From Myxococcota bacterium (GTDB taxonomy: Bacteria > Myxococcota_A > UBA796 > CAJQPC01), in assembly GCA_036012755.1 (NCBI GenBank), contig DASCPX010000047.1, positions 70,560-134,559 on the forward strand: a stretch of DNA of 64,000 nt. Direction: 5' to 3'. Every line of letters begins with the position of its first letter. Position 1 is the first letter of the stretch. Positions 38,353 to 48,556 of this stretch are shown piece by piece. The notes under the pieces were generated by a model that did not search any database, had not been told where the DNA came from, and was given only the letters and a program-made list of their open reading frames with translations. A program made the position numbers and the translations under genes.

Positions 38353-38779
38353 GGCAGTGCTCCTGGACCTGCTGCAGCAAGCGACCGCAGGCCTGGTCGT
38401 CCGGCCTGCCGAGGTTCATGCAGGTCCCGACCGCCCAGGTCGCGGAGTCGATGATGTCGCTCTTCTCTGGAACGCCATCGCAGAAGCCCGGGGTCGGCGT
38501 GGCCGCGGAGAGGCAAGCCCGCAGCCAGATGCCGTTTTCGGCCTCGCACATCGGGTCGAAGGCTCCGCAGCCGTCCTGCTGGGACAGCCCGGCCCCCACG
38601 CAGCCGGCCTGGTCGCTGCCGATGCCGTACTCGATGCCCGCTGCGTCGGCCTCCTCGCCCATGTTCGCGAGCTCGTCCTTGTTGTCCTCGAACCACATCT
38701 TCAGGCCCAGGCAGGACAGGATCGACACCAGCAGCAGGGCGGCCAGGATGCCCAGGACGACCTTGGCTGACGTACTCAT
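38342..38779 (-). CDS. Cys-rich membrane-anchored hypothetical protein
   Basis: N-terminal TM helix, several Cys; overlaps next gene. Confidence 0.65.
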   Translation of the reverse strand: MSTSAKVVLGILAALLLVSILSCLGLKMWFEDNKDELANMGEEADAAGIEYGIGSDQAGCVGAGLSQQDGCGAFDPMCEAENGIWLRACLSAATPTPGFCDGVPEKSDIIDSATWAVGTCMNLGRPDDQACGRLLQQVQEHCHGT

Positions 38780-38827
38780 GGTCCCTCGATGTCTCGGGTC
38801 ATGCCGGTCATTCTGCCCGAGGGGGGG

Positions 38828-39622
38828 TCAGCTCGCCCGAACCCGGTCCACGCGCAGGCGGTCGAGCTCGTCGAAGACCGCGCGCACCGTGAGCAGCACC
38901 GCCACGACCGTGCCGATGCCGACCGCGCCGGCGATGAGGAACATGATGAGGATCTGGTAGCGAGCGGCCACCTCTGGGGGCGCGCCGCCGAGGATCTGGC
39001 CGGTCATCATGCCGGGGATCGTCACCAGGCCGACGACCGTCATCGTGTTGAGGATCGGGATCATCCCGGTCCTCACCGCGTCGGCGGCGACCTCTCGGGC
39101 TGCCTCCCAGCGCGAGGCTCCAAACGACAGGAGCAGCTCTACCTGGGACCGGCCGCGCACGAAGCCCTCCAGCGCCCGGTCGATGCCCAGGGAGACGCCG
39201 GTGAGCGCGTTGCCGAGCACCATCCCCAACAGGGGGATGAAGTAGCGCGGAGCCCAGAAGGGCTCGACGCCGATGAGCACCGCGGTCGCCAGGATCGTGG
39301 TGGGGATCGCGCCGACGGTCATGGCGACCAACCCGATGCCCCAGGCCCCCGAGTAGGTGCGGCTTGTGCGCTTGATCGCCGCCCGTCCAGCGAGGATGAC
39401 CATCAGCCCGCCGAGCCCCATGACCAGGGCAGGGTGGGCGATGTCGAAGACCGGCACGAGCACGTAGCCGAGGATCAAGAGCTGGACGACGGTGCGCACC
39501 GACGCGACGGCGAGCTTGCGGCCGAGGTCCAGCCGGAGCCAGAGGCTCAGGACCCCGTTGATCGCGATCAGCGAGGCAGCGCCTGCCAGATCGAGGAGTG
39601 AGAGCTCGATGGGACCGGTCAC
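38828..39622 (-). CDS. fetB: FetB/YbbM (UPF0014) ABC permease
   Basis: RTVVQLLILGYVL, YFIPLLGMVLGN, VGLVTIPGMMTGQILGG..P..A.RYQI.IMFLI; GTG start at 39622. Confidence 0.9.
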   Translation of the reverse strand: MTGPIELSLLDLAGAASLIAINGVLSLWLRLDLGRKLAVASVRTVVQLLILGYVLVPVFDIAHPALVMGLGGLMVILAGRAAIKRTSRTYSGAWGIGLVAMTVGAIPTTILATAVLIGVEPFWAPRYFIPLLGMVLGNALTGVSLGIDRALEGFVRGRSQVELLLSFGASRWEAAREVAADAVRTGMIPILNTMTVVGLVTIPGMMTGQILGGAPPEVAARYQILIMFLIAGAVGIGTVVAVLLTVRAVFDELDRLRVDRVRAS

Positions 39623-40197
39623 AGCTCCACCACCCGGGTCGCGACCCGCGCCAGCTGTGCCTTGGAGTGGGACACCCAGACGACGGTCCGTCCGCGGAGG
39701 GCCCTCTCGACCAGAGCCTCGTTGTCCTCGTCCAGCGCCGAGGTGGGCTCGTCCAAGAGCAGGACACGGGGCCTCGCGGCCAGCGCCATGGACAGCACGA
39801 CGCGCTGGCGCTCTCCCCCTGAGAGCTCGGCCATCGGTCGGGCCCACACACCCGTATCGAGGCCGAGCCCGGGACGATCCTCGACGCCCTCGCGCGCGCG
39901 AAGACAGCAGAGCCTCTGCCACAAGGTCTCGCCGCTGAGCTCGAAGGCGGGAGGATCCTGGGCGACGTAGAGGACCTGCGCGCGCCAGCGGGCTGGCCCG
40001 ACCCGAGCGAGACCCTGACCGTCGAGCTCGACGGTGCCCTCGTGGGGCTCGAGCCCAGCGAGGATGCGCAGGAGCATCGACTTGCCCTGGCCAGACGGCC
40101 CCGAGACCCCCACGACCTCTCCAGGTTCGACGGTGAGATCCGGCCAGGTGAGCCTGCGGTCGAGGTCCTTGGCGAGTCCGGCAGTTCGGAGGAGCAC
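39619..40197 (-). CDS. fetA: FetA/YbbL-like ABC ATP-binding protein
   Basis: GPSGQGKS, LSGGERQR, LLLDEPTSALD, WVSH; overlaps fetB start. Confidence 0.85.
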   Translation of the reverse strand: MLLRTAGLAKDLDRRLTWPDLTVEPGEVVGVSGPSGQGKSMLLRILAGLEPHEGTVELDGQGLARVGPARWRAQVLYVAQDPPAFELSGETLWQRLCCLRAREGVEDRPGLGLDTGVWARPMAELSGGERQRVVLSMALAARPRVLLLDEPTSALDEDNEALVERALRGRTVVWVSHSKAQLARVATRVVEL

Positions 40198-40356
40198 CCC
40201 GGGACCATAGCGGGGGCCACCCCTCAACCACCACGGATCGCGCCCCTTTCCAGAGTTGGCACGCAATATGCGCGCCGCCGGAATGGGTCCCGGAGGGCCC
40301 CCGGCGTAATTGGGGCCCGCCGACGGATGAACTTCCCGTCGAAAAGGAGATTCGAA

Positions 40357-42579
40357 ATGCTGCTGGTCAGCCTCTTTTCCCTCAGCTCCCTGGTCGGTTG
40401 CAATCGTGGCAACCCCGATGTCGTCAGCCTCGACTGGAACCAGGGCGAGACCTTCCACGTCGCCGCCAACTACAAGCAGGCGGCCCACATGACCGAAGAG
40501 CACGCCACCGCGCACCTCGACGGCGGCGAGCCCGACAAGTTCGACACCGAGTCCTGGAGCGAGGAGGTCACCTGGACCTACCAGGTCGTCGAGACCGGCT
40601 TGAAGCCGAACAAGAGCGACGAGCTCTACGACTTCAGCATCACCGCCACCGGTGACCAGGCCCGCATCAGCGTCGTCCGCGCCTACCTCGAGGAGAGCCT
40701 CAACGACGACCCCGCGATGCTGGAAGCCGACCCGGTCGTCTACCTCGTCTTCCTCGAGGACCGTGACCGCCTCGCCGGCATCGTGTCCTTCGTGAACGTC
40801 GCCGGTGTGCGCACCGAGAAGTCCTACAGCTCCAACGAGCTCGGCAAGAGCTGGAACGCCCTGTCGCAGTCCCAGCTCACCTACGCGCCGACCTACCTCG
40901 CGCCCTACTCGGCCACCTGGGAGTCCAGCACCAGCGTCCTCGAGAACGGCTCGCTCCTCGACACCGAAGAGGTCGAGCCCGGCGTGGTCGACACCTTCTT
41001 CGACGACGAGCTCGGCGGTGGCCTCGTGGCCGCTCGCTACGAGGACGGCCAGCCCTGGCCGACCTGGGTCGTCTCCGACAACATGGAGTCGGTCCTCCTC
41101 ACCGAGTCCGAGGTCGAGGCCAAGCGCGCCGAGCGCCCCTACCTCGCCCCAGAGGCCCCAGAGGACTTCGACTACCGAGCCGCCCTCGCGACGGCCATCG
41201 ACATCGACGCTGCCCTGACCCTCGACGAGGAGACCCTCGCCGGTGGCTGGGACGTGGCCGTCTACGAAGAGTTCACCCCCTGGGCCGGCTCCTGGTGGAA
41301 GCTCTCCGAGGGCGAGCTCGTCTTCGGCGACAGCGTCAACACCTACTCCCGCCGCATCAAGGACCAGGTCGACCCGATCAAGGAGGAGATGGACAACCTC
41401 TCCACCGAGATCCGTGAGATGGAAGACGGCGCCGACAAGGACGCCAAGCGCGTCGAGTACTCCACGAAGCAGAAGGAGCTCGTCACCATCCTGGTCGACT
41501 ACTACAACGACCTCCGCGCGGACCTCGACGGCGGCATCATCACCGTGGAAAACGGCAAGATGACCCACAGCGAGGACGGCTGGGAGTACGACCTCGAGGA
41601 CCTGTCCCCCATGGACAAGTTCGCCCTCAAGATGTACTTCGACAACTCGCTGCCGGGGAACAACCCCTTCTTCCTCTCGGCCTGGGAGATCCTGAACTCC
41701 TACAACCCGAGCGGTGGGAGCTGGTGGGGCCACTGCAACGGCTGGGCCGCTGCAGCCATCCTCACGAACGAGCCCCGTGAGTCCATCGACGTCCAGATCA
41801 ACAGCAACACCGTCCCCATGACGGTCGCCGACCAGAAGGGCCTGCTCACCGAGTCCCACTACAGCACCTACAGCCGCTTCTACGGCTCGCGGTACCGGGA
41901 CGAGGGCGACGACATCGCCGACCTCCACCCGAAGGCCTTCCACAACATCATCAACTTCTACATCCGCAGCCAGCGTGTCCCCCTGGTCTTCGACACGACC
42001 GCCGGTGACGCGGTGTGGAACTTCCCGGCCTACGCCACGGACCTGACCGTCACAGAGACCACCGACCCGACCGCGGCAGCCAAGGTCAACATCAACACCG
42101 CCTCCGTCGAGGAGCTCGACGCCCTGCCGGGCATCGGCCCCAGCAAGGGCTCCGCGGTGGTCGAGTACCGCGAGTTCAACGGTCCCTTCCAGACCATCGA
42201 AGAGATCATGAACGTGAGCGGCATCGCCGAGGCGACCTTCGCCGACCTCGAGCCGCACATCACGGTCAGCGCCTTCCAGCGCACCTTCGACGTCACGGCG
42301 GCCGTCGCCTTCGCGACCGATGGTGTCTCCGAGGGTCACGTGGACACGGTCGAGTACCAGCCCCAGGGCTTCACGAACACCTACGGCTACACCCTGACCA
42401 CGGACGCCGATGGCCTCGTGACCGGCCAGGGCACCTGGAACAACGAGAACCAGCACCCGGACTTCGCTTGGGTCCCCTACCACAACGCGGACTCCGAGAG
42501 CAGCAACAGCTCCGAGAACCCCTTCCTCCCCTATGCTACGCTGATCGACACCCTTGGCGAGGACGTTGAGCGCAAGTGA
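40357..42579 (+). CDS. Lipoprotein with a transglutaminase-elicitor-like domain and an inserted ComEA-type helix-hairpin-helix domain
   Basis: AGGAG RBS; LVGC lipobox; PWAGSWW, WWGHCNGWAAAAI, DLHPKAFH, VWNFP; KVNINTASVEELDALPGIGPSK..YREFNGPF..EEI.NVSGI. Confidence 0.8.
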   Translation: MLLVSLFSLSSLVGCNRGNPDVVSLDWNQGETFHVAANYKQAAHMTEEHATAHLDGGEPDKFDTESWSEEVTWTYQVVETGLKPNKSDELYDFSITATGDQARISVVRAYLEESLNDDPAMLEADPVVYLVFLEDRDRLAGIVSFVNVAGVRTEKSYSSNELGKSWNALSQSQLTYAPTYLAPYSATWESSTSVLENGSLLDTEEVEPGVVDTFFDDELGGGLVAARYEDGQPWPTWVVSDNMESVLLTESEVEAKRAERPYLAPEAPEDFDYRAALATAIDIDAALTLDEETLAGGWDVAVYEEFTPWAGSWWKLSEGELVFGDSVNTYSRRIKDQVDPIKEEMDNLSTEIREMEDGADKDAKRVEYSTKQKELVTILVDYYNDLRADLDGGIITVENGKMTHSEDGWEYDLEDLSPMDKFALKMYFDNSLPGNNPFFLSAWEILNSYNPSGGSWWGHCNGWAAAAILTNEPRESIDVQINSNTVPMTVADQKGLLTESHYSTYSRFYGSRYRDEGDDIADLHPKAFHNIINFYIRSQRVPLVFDTTAGDAVWNFPAYATDLTVTETTDPTAAAKVNINTASVEELDALPGIGPSKGSAVVEYREFNGPFQTIEEIMNVSGIAEATFADLEPHITVSAFQRTFDVTAAVAFATDGVSEGHVDTVEYQPQGFTNTYGYTLTTDADGLVTGQGTWNNENQHPDFAWVPYHNADSESSNSSENPFLPYATLIDTLGEDVERK

Positions 42580-43946
42580 ACGGAATCGCTGTGATATTTG
42601 AGACGGACTTCCCGTCGGGGATATTCCAGAACGGGAGGGTTGCTTCGGCAGCCCTCCTCTTCTTGATCCTGGCCATCTGCGGCTGCAATGGCCGCAACAG
42701 CGACGACTCCGGGCTGGACGAGGCTCCCATCGGCATCCTGCTCCAGCCCGAGCAGATCGTCGTCCCGGTCGGAACTGACGCGCAGCTGACGGCCATCGGT
42801 CTGTTCGAGGACCGCAGCTCCCTGGACATCACGCACCTCGTGAACTGGTCTTCGACCAACGAGGGTGTCGCGACCGCCAGCAACAGCCTCGACTCAGAGG
42901 GCGTCATCACGGGCGCCGCGGTGGGCGACGCCAAGGTCACGGCGAAGATCTCGGGTGTGGTCTCGAACGAGGTCACCGTCAGCGTGACCGACGCCCAGCT
43001 CGTCGGCTTGACGGTCGAGCCCCGCGAGGTGGACGTCGCCACCGGCGAGGTCGCCCAGCTCAAGGCCATCGCCGCGTACTCCGACGGCAACCGGGCCGAC
43101 TCCTCGAGCCAGGTGAGGTGGATCACCAGCGACGGAGGCGTCGCGACCGTGGACGCCGCTGGCCTGATCACGGGCGCTGGAGCTGGCACCGCGACGGTGC
43201 ACGCCGACTGGAACGGCACCCTGTCGGAGACCTGCGAGGTCCGCGTCATCGGGGGCGCCTCCTCGGACCTGAGCGTCTCCGGCGCCTCCGGAGAGACCGC
43301 GGGTGGCTACCTCACGCTCACCGTCGAGGTTGCAAACAGCGGCACATCCGGCGCCAGCAACTACTTCGTCGACGTGTTCATGGACCCCTCCGGCACGCCG
43401 AGCGTGGGCGACTTCGGCGACGACTACGACCTCGTCAGCTACACCGGAGCCAGCAGCACCAGCCAGCTGACCTTCACGATGGCCATCACCGACGGCTACC
43501 ACGAGATCTACATCCTCGCGGACAGCGAGGACACGGTCGATGAGTCCAACGAGTCCAACAACGGCTTCCTCGGCAGCATCACCGCCTCCAGCGGCGGCGG
43601 GGACTCGGGGCCGAACCTCGAGATCACCTACTTCGACTACAGCTCCACCGCGGGCACGCTCTACTACTTCGTCGACGTCACGAACACCGGCGGCGAAGAC
43701 GTCGGCCAGTTCTACGTGGACCTCTTCGTCGACAGCTCCTCCGAGCCCGTCCTGTACGACGACGGCGACGACTACACGACGGTGGACTCGCTCGCGGCGG
43801 GGGCGACGGTCTACGCCGACTTCACCTTCGAGAGCGAGGACTGCTACTACTGCGAGAGCTGGGTGATGATCGACGGCTACGACTACGTGGAGTAGACCGA
43901 CGAGACCGACAACGTCGACGGCCCGATCTACGTCTGGACCGAGTAG
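42576..43946 (+). CDS. Lipoprotein with two Big_2 Ig-like and two CARDB domains; in-frame TAG at 43893-43895 just before the natural end
   Basis: ICGC lipobox; WSSTNEGVATA and WITSDGGVATVD; DTVDESNESNN; second copy reads DYVE*TDETDNVDGP; start uncertain. Confidence 0.75.
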
Positions 43947-43950
43947 GGGC

Positions 43951-46155
43951 TCACTGCTCGTAGGCGCCGATGTCGCTGTAGGAGCCCGTCGGGCGAGCTG
44001 TCCCCGCGTAGTCGTCCGTGACGGCCGAGAGCGTCGTCCCGGCGTCGACGCAGGGGCTCGTGGACTGCAGCGACCAGTCCGACGAGGAGGTGTAGAGCGG
44101 GTCCTCCGAGATGTTCCCGTTGGTCCCGGTCTGGTCGTCGTAGCCCTGGTAGTCGTCGCTGCCGTTTCCGTAGACGTCGTTGTAGGCGAAGCTCTTGAAC
44201 GCGCCGTCGCTGAGGTCGACGCCGTACTCGTCGTTGTCGGTGACGATGTTGTTCACGAAGACCAGGGTCGGGGTGCTGCCGCTGGTCGTCGTGTAGACGT
44301 AGAGGCCGTACTGGTTGCCGTCGATGGTGTTGTGGTAGACGGTCGAGGTGTCGCCATCGAGGAAGGCGATGCCGTCGGAGTCGTTGTCCACGAAGAGGTT
44401 GTTGTAGACGGTGGCACCGGTCCCGTGCAGCAGCAGCCCGCCGCCGGAGAAGTTGGCGGTGTTGTCCTCGAAGAGGTTGTAGGCGATCTCCGGTGAGCCG
44501 CTGTAGACGTACACGGCCCCTCCGCCGCTGTTGGTCGCGGAGGCTTCGTTGCCGCTGATGGTGTTCGACAGGATCGAGCCGGCAGAGGACTCCAGGAAGA
44601 GGCCCGCCCCGACCCGGCCGCTCTTTTCCGAGCTGTTGCCCTCTACGGTGTTGCCCTCGAAGAGCCCGTCCCAGTCGTAGAAGTAGCCAGCGGCGCCGCG
44701 ACCGGTGACGGCGTTGTCCTCGATGACGCAGTCGGTGACCGTGACGTCCGAGCTGTAGACCCACAGGGCGCCCCCTTGGGAGGTCGAGGTCGAGCCTCCG
44801 GGCGAGGTCGCGAAGGTGCCTCCCCCATCGGTCAGCGTGACGCCGTCGAGGGTGGCGGCGGAGGTCTCGCCGCTGGAGACCGTGACGACGCTGCCGGAGC
44901 CCGAGCCGTCGATGACCGTGCTGGCCGCGCCGGCGTCAGAGGTGATGGAGAGATCGTCGCCGCCGAAGTCGAAGGTCTCGTAGTAGGTGCCCGACAGCAG
45001 TACGATCTCGTCGCAGTAGCCACCGCGGAGGCTGATCGCCTCGTTGATCCCGGCGTAGGGACTGGAGGCGGAGCCGTCGCCGCTGCTTGCGGTCGGGTCG
45101 GCATAGACCGGGCAGTCGTCCACGCAGTCCGCCGTGCCGTCGGAGTCAGTGTCGTCGAAGTCCTCGTCGACGTCCGAGTCGCAGTCGTCGTCCTCGCCGT
45201 TGCAGGACTCGGACTCCCCGGGGTTCACGTCCTCGTCGCTGTCGTCGCAGTCCCCGCCGTACTCGACGTAGTCCCCCGGGTTGTCACAGGCCGTGGTGCT
45301 CGTGCTGTCGTCGCCCCAGCCATCGGAGTCCGCGTCCGCATACCAGGTGACGGCGTCGATGGCGTCCTCGTCCTCGACTCCGTCGCAGTCGTTGTCGAGG
45401 TCGTCGCAGACCTCGTCCTCGCCTGGGTTGGCCGCGGGCTCGTTGTCGTCGCAGTCGTCCGGGTTGTCGACGTAGCCGCTGGGAGCCTCGCAGTCCTCTG
45501 CGGTCTGCGTGCTGTCCCCGTACTCGTCACCGTCCTTGTCGAGGTAGAAGGTCAGGGCGTCGATCGCGTCCTCGTCGATCTCGTCGTCGCAGTCCTGGTC
45601 GGCCTCGTCACAGACCTCTGGAGCGCCCGGGTAGATCCCGTCGTCGGAGTCGTCGCAGTCGGTGTGCTCGTCGACGAAGCCCGCCGGAGCCTCGCAGGCC
45701 TCTGCCGTGTTGTCGGGATCCCCGAAGCCGTCATGGTCCACATCGGCGTAGAAGACCTCCGGATCGACGGGATCCTCGTCGACTTCTCCGTCACAGTCGT
45801 CGTCGTAGGTGTTGCAGGTCTCGTCGGCCCCGGGGTAGGCCGCCGAGCGGGTGTCGTCGCACTCCTCGCAGCCGAGGAAGCCGTCGCCGTCGTTGTCCTG
45901 GTCGTCCGGGAGTCCGTCGCAGTTGCCGTCTCCGCCGGTGCAGTCCACCTCCGCTCCCGGGTAGACGCCGGCGTCGGAGTCGTCGCAGTCGGTCCGGTCC
46001 TCGACCCAGTCGGCGTACTGGGAGTCGCAGTCGTGCTCCTCGCTGACCCTGGGGTCCCCGAAGCCGTCGCCGTCGGTGTCGGCGTAGCGCGTGCAGAACT
46101 CCACCTCGGCGACGCCGAGCTGCGAGAGGCACCCGATGAGGCTCCAGATCGGCAT
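43951..46155 (-). CDS. Lipoprotein with MopE-related Cys/Asp repeats and a right-handed beta-helix domain
   Basis: LIGC lipobox; DCDD..PGA.E.C...DxDCD repeats; GG/N-rich beta-helix; SPCVDAG..DIGAYE. Confidence 0.85.
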   Translation of the reverse strand: MPIWSLIGCLSQLGVAEVEFCTRYADTDGDGFGDPRVSEEHDCDSQYADWVEDRTDCDDSDAGVYPGAEVDCTGGDGNCDGLPDDQDNDGDGFLGCEECDDTRSAAYPGADETCNTYDDDCDGEVDEDPVDPEVFYADVDHDGFGDPDNTAEACEAPAGFVDEHTDCDDSDDGIYPGAPEVCDEADQDCDDEIDEDAIDALTFYLDKDGDEYGDSTQTAEDCEAPSGYVDNPDDCDDNEPAANPGEDEVCDDLDNDCDGVEDEDAIDAVTWYADADSDGWGDDSTSTTACDNPGDYVEYGGDCDDSDEDVNPGESESCNGEDDDCDSDVDEDFDDTDSDGTADCVDDCPVYADPTASSGDGSASSPYAGINEAISLRGGYCDEIVLLSGTYYETFDFGGDDLSITSDAGAASTVIDGSGSGSVVTVSSGETSAATLDGVTLTDGGGTFATSPGGSTSTSQGGALWVYSSDVTVTDCVIEDNAVTGRGAAGYFYDWDGLFEGNTVEGNSSEKSGRVGAGLFLESSAGSILSNTISGNEASATNSGGGAVYVYSGSPEIAYNLFEDNTANFSGGGLLLHGTGATVYNNLFVDNDSDGIAFLDGDTSTVYHNTIDGNQYGLYVYTTTSGSTPTLVFVNNIVTDNDEYGVDLSDGAFKSFAYNDVYGNGSDDYQGYDDQTGTNGNISEDPLYTSSSDWSLQSTSPCVDAGTTLSAVTDDYAGTARPTGSYSDIGAYEQ

Positions 46156-46200
46156 GGCCGGTCAGTCTATCGCGCACATTGGCCCGCGGCCCCGAGCATC

Positions 46201-47844
46201 TCAGTCGCGCTCGTAGGCTCCCATCGAGTAGCTGCCGGATGTCCTGGTCTCTCCTTCGTAGTCGTCGTCTACGCCGTAGGAGTCGGTGTCGGTGCCCGAG
46301 TCCTTGATGGGAGAGTCCTTCTGCAGATCGTAGTCCCCCTTGCTCCGGTCCTCGTACTTCGGGTCCATCTCGACGTTGCCGGAGGACGACCAGTAGCTCT
46401 CGCAGTAGGAGCTCGACCAGTCCGAGTAGCCGCTGTCGTAGACGTCGTTGTAGGAGATTGAGCCCAGCGAGGTGCAGGGGTAGTAGCTGGCGTAGATCCC
46501 GTAATAGTCGCTGTTGGTGATGAGGTTGTCGACGACGTCACCGCCGGGGTAGCCGGTGGTGTTGTAGAGCACGAGCAGGCCGACCCCGTTTCCGTCGATC
46601 GTGTTGTTCACGATGTCGATGTCGCTGCCATCGGTGAGCCCGAGGGCGTAGTGGGCGTGGTCGATGACGACGTTGTTGGCGAAGAGCCCGTCGGCCTCGT
46701 AGAACCGCACGGCGTCGCTGTAGCGCACCATGGCGCCAGCGCCGTCCCCGCTGCTTCCGCTGGCCTCGTTGTCGGTGATCTCGTTGTCGGTGATGGTCGC
46801 GTCGGAGTCGTAGAGGAACAGCCCCGCGCCGGCGTAGTTGGCCGCCTGGGCTTCGTTGCCGTCGACGGTGTTGCCCTCGAAGGTGCCCTCGTAGGTGTAG
46901 GCCATCACGCCCCCACCGAAGCCGGAGACCGTGTTGTCCTCGATGATGCAGTCGGTGATGGTCGGATCGGCGTCGTAGATGTAGACGCCGCCGCCGTGCC
47001 GCTGGGAGGTGCCCAGGCTGTAGCTGTCGCCCAGGCTGCTGCCGTCGCCGGTCGTGCCGTTCCCGCCGGTGATGGTGACGCCCTCGAGGACAGCGCTCGC
47101 GCTCTCGCCGTCGGCGAAGGTCACGACCGAGCCGCTGGCGGAGCTGCCGTCGATGATGGTCTTGTCAGCCCTCTTCTCCGCCGAGATGTCCAGGTCCTCT
47201 CCGCCGTAGTCGACCTGCTCGGAGTAGGTGCCCTCCTTGAGCACGATCTGGTCGCAGTAGGTCCCACGCAGCGAGATGGCGTCGTTGATCGACATGTAGG
47301 GGTCCGACTCCGAGCCGTCGCCATTGCTGGTCTGGCTGGGATCCGCGTAGACGGGGCAGTCGTCGACGCAGTCCGCGGTGCCGTCGCTGTCGGTGTCGAC
47401 GAAGCTCTCGTCGATGCTGCCGTCGCAGTCGTCGTCCTCGCCGTTGCAGGACTCGCTCGCGCCCGGGTTGATGCTGGAGTCGTCGTCGTCGCAGTCGTCG
47501 TCGCTGGCGCTGTACCCGCTGGGCATGCTGCAGGCTTCGGTGGTGGTGTCAGACACGCCGTAGCCGTCGCCGTCGGTGTCGATGTACCAGGTCGAGACGT
47601 CCAGGGCGTCGTCCTCGTCGGTGTCGCCGTCGCAGTCGTTGTCGACGCCGTCGCAGGTCTCGGTGGCCTCCGGGTTGATGCTCGGATCGTCGTCGTCGCA
47701 CTCCTCGCAGCCGGCGTAGCCGTCGCCGTCGAGGTCGCTGTCGTCCGGGTTGCCGTCGCAGTCCGTCGTCTCGGGAGAGACGCTGAGTTCGGGGAGACAG
47801 GCGGTCAGGGCAAGGAGCACGAACGTCATGAAATGTCTCCGCAT
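46201..47844 (-). CDS. Paralogous lipoprotein with MopE-related repeats and a beta-helix domain
   Basis: LTAC lipobox; shares ESCNGEDDDCD..DTDSDGTADCVDDCPVYADP with neighbour; ends MGAYE; start 47844 or 47829. Confidence 0.85.
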   Translation of the reverse strand: MRRHFMTFVLLALTACLPELSVSPETTDCDGNPDDSDLDGDGYAGCEECDDDDPSINPEATETCDGVDNDCDGDTDEDDALDVSTWYIDTDGDGYGVSDTTTEACSMPSGYSASDDDCDDDDSSINPGASESCNGEDDDCDGSIDESFVDTDSDGTADCVDDCPVYADPSQTSNGDGSESDPYMSINDAISLRGTYCDQIVLKEGTYSEQVDYGGEDLDISAEKRADKTIIDGSSASGSVVTFADGESASAVLEGVTITGGNGTTGDGSSLGDSYSLGTSQRHGGGVYIYDADPTITDCIIEDNTVSGFGGGVMAYTYEGTFEGNTVDGNEAQAANYAGAGLFLYDSDATITDNEITDNEASGSSGDGAGAMVRYSDAVRFYEADGLFANNVVIDHAHYALGLTDGSDIDIVNNTIDGNGVGLLVLYNTTGYPGGDVVDNLITNSDYYGIYASYYPCTSLGSISYNDVYDSGYSDWSSSYCESYWSSSGNVEMDPKYEDRSKGDYDLQKDSPIKDSGTDTDSYGVDDDYEGETRTSGSYSMGAYERD

Positions 47845-47891
47845 GTCTCTCTTCGTCCATCACTGTGGTCCCGAGGCCCGCCCAGGTTGCT

Positions 47892-47934
47892 TTGTCGAGG
47901 CTTACGTCTCTTGCTATGCTGAACACATGTTCAG
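47892..47934 (+). promoter_or_regulatory. sigma70-type promoter and LexA-like box of imuA
   Basis: TTGTCG-N17-TATGCT with extended TG; near-palindrome CTGAAC-ACAT-GTTCAG (47919-47934) similar to the Myxococcus xanthus LexA box. Confidence 0.8.
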
Positions 47935-48556
47935 CTCGGCGAGCGACAAGCGCAAGACGCTCGAGGAGCTCCGAGCGCTGATCGCGCGTCACGAGCCCGC
48001 GGGTCGGGTCCTCGCAGGTGCACTCCCGACTGAGCTCGATGTGCTGGACGAGGCAATCGGCGGTTGGGCACGACCCGGGGTCAGCGAGCTCGTCGGGCGC
48101 CCCGGCAGCGGTCGCATCTCGCTGCTCGTCCCGGTCCTGCGCAAGCTGACGCGTGCAGAGCGCGCCGTGGCCCTCGTCGATCCCCTCGGAGTGCTGAACC
48201 CACCGGGTCTCTCGGGGGTCCGCCTCGACCGGCTCCTGGTCGTCCAGGCGGCCTGTGAGCGGGCGGGGTGGGCATCGGAGCAGCTGGCGGGCTCGGGCAG
48301 CTTCGAGCTCGTGGTCCACCTCTCGGCCTTGCGCCTGGGGCGCTCGGGCCCTCGCCTCGTCCGGGCTGCAGAGCGAGGCGGATGCTCGGTCATCGTCGTC
48401 TCCGACCGCTCCGAGCAGGGGCTCGCAGCAGCGCTCCGCCTGAAGATCCTAGGCCGCACTGACGACAAGGTCAGCCTGCGCCTCGGGCGCTGTAGAGGCG
48501 GACGTGTGGGCCAGGAGCTGAGCGTGCCCCTCGAGCCGGTTAGTCCGCCACGGTGA
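47927..48556 (+). CDS. imuA: ImuA-like (RecA/SulA-fold) mutasome protein
   Basis: LDEAIGGW, SELVGRPGSGRISL, VALVD, PPGL..V.LDRLLVV, WASEQ..SG; upstream of imuB-dnaE2. Confidence 0.85.
   Translation: MFSSASDKRKTLEELRALIARHEPAGRVLAGALPTELDVLDEAIGGWARPGVSELVGRPGSGRISLLVPVLRKLTRAERAVALVDPLGVLNPPGLSGVRLDRLLVVQAACERAGWASEQLAGSGSFELVVHLSALRLGRSGPRLVRAAERGGCSVIVVSDRSEQGLAAALRLKILGRTDDKVSLRLGRCRGGRVGQELSVPLEPVSPPR

Noticed and set aside
40198..42483. Long N-terminal extension of the ABC ATPase ORF
   Set aside because: Antisense of the transglutaminase/ComEA gene; the ATPase starts near 40197
43893..43895. Pyrrolysine or stop-codon reassignment at the TAG
   Set aside because: TAG ends many other genes here, no pyl genes seen, and one G>T change from GAG explains it
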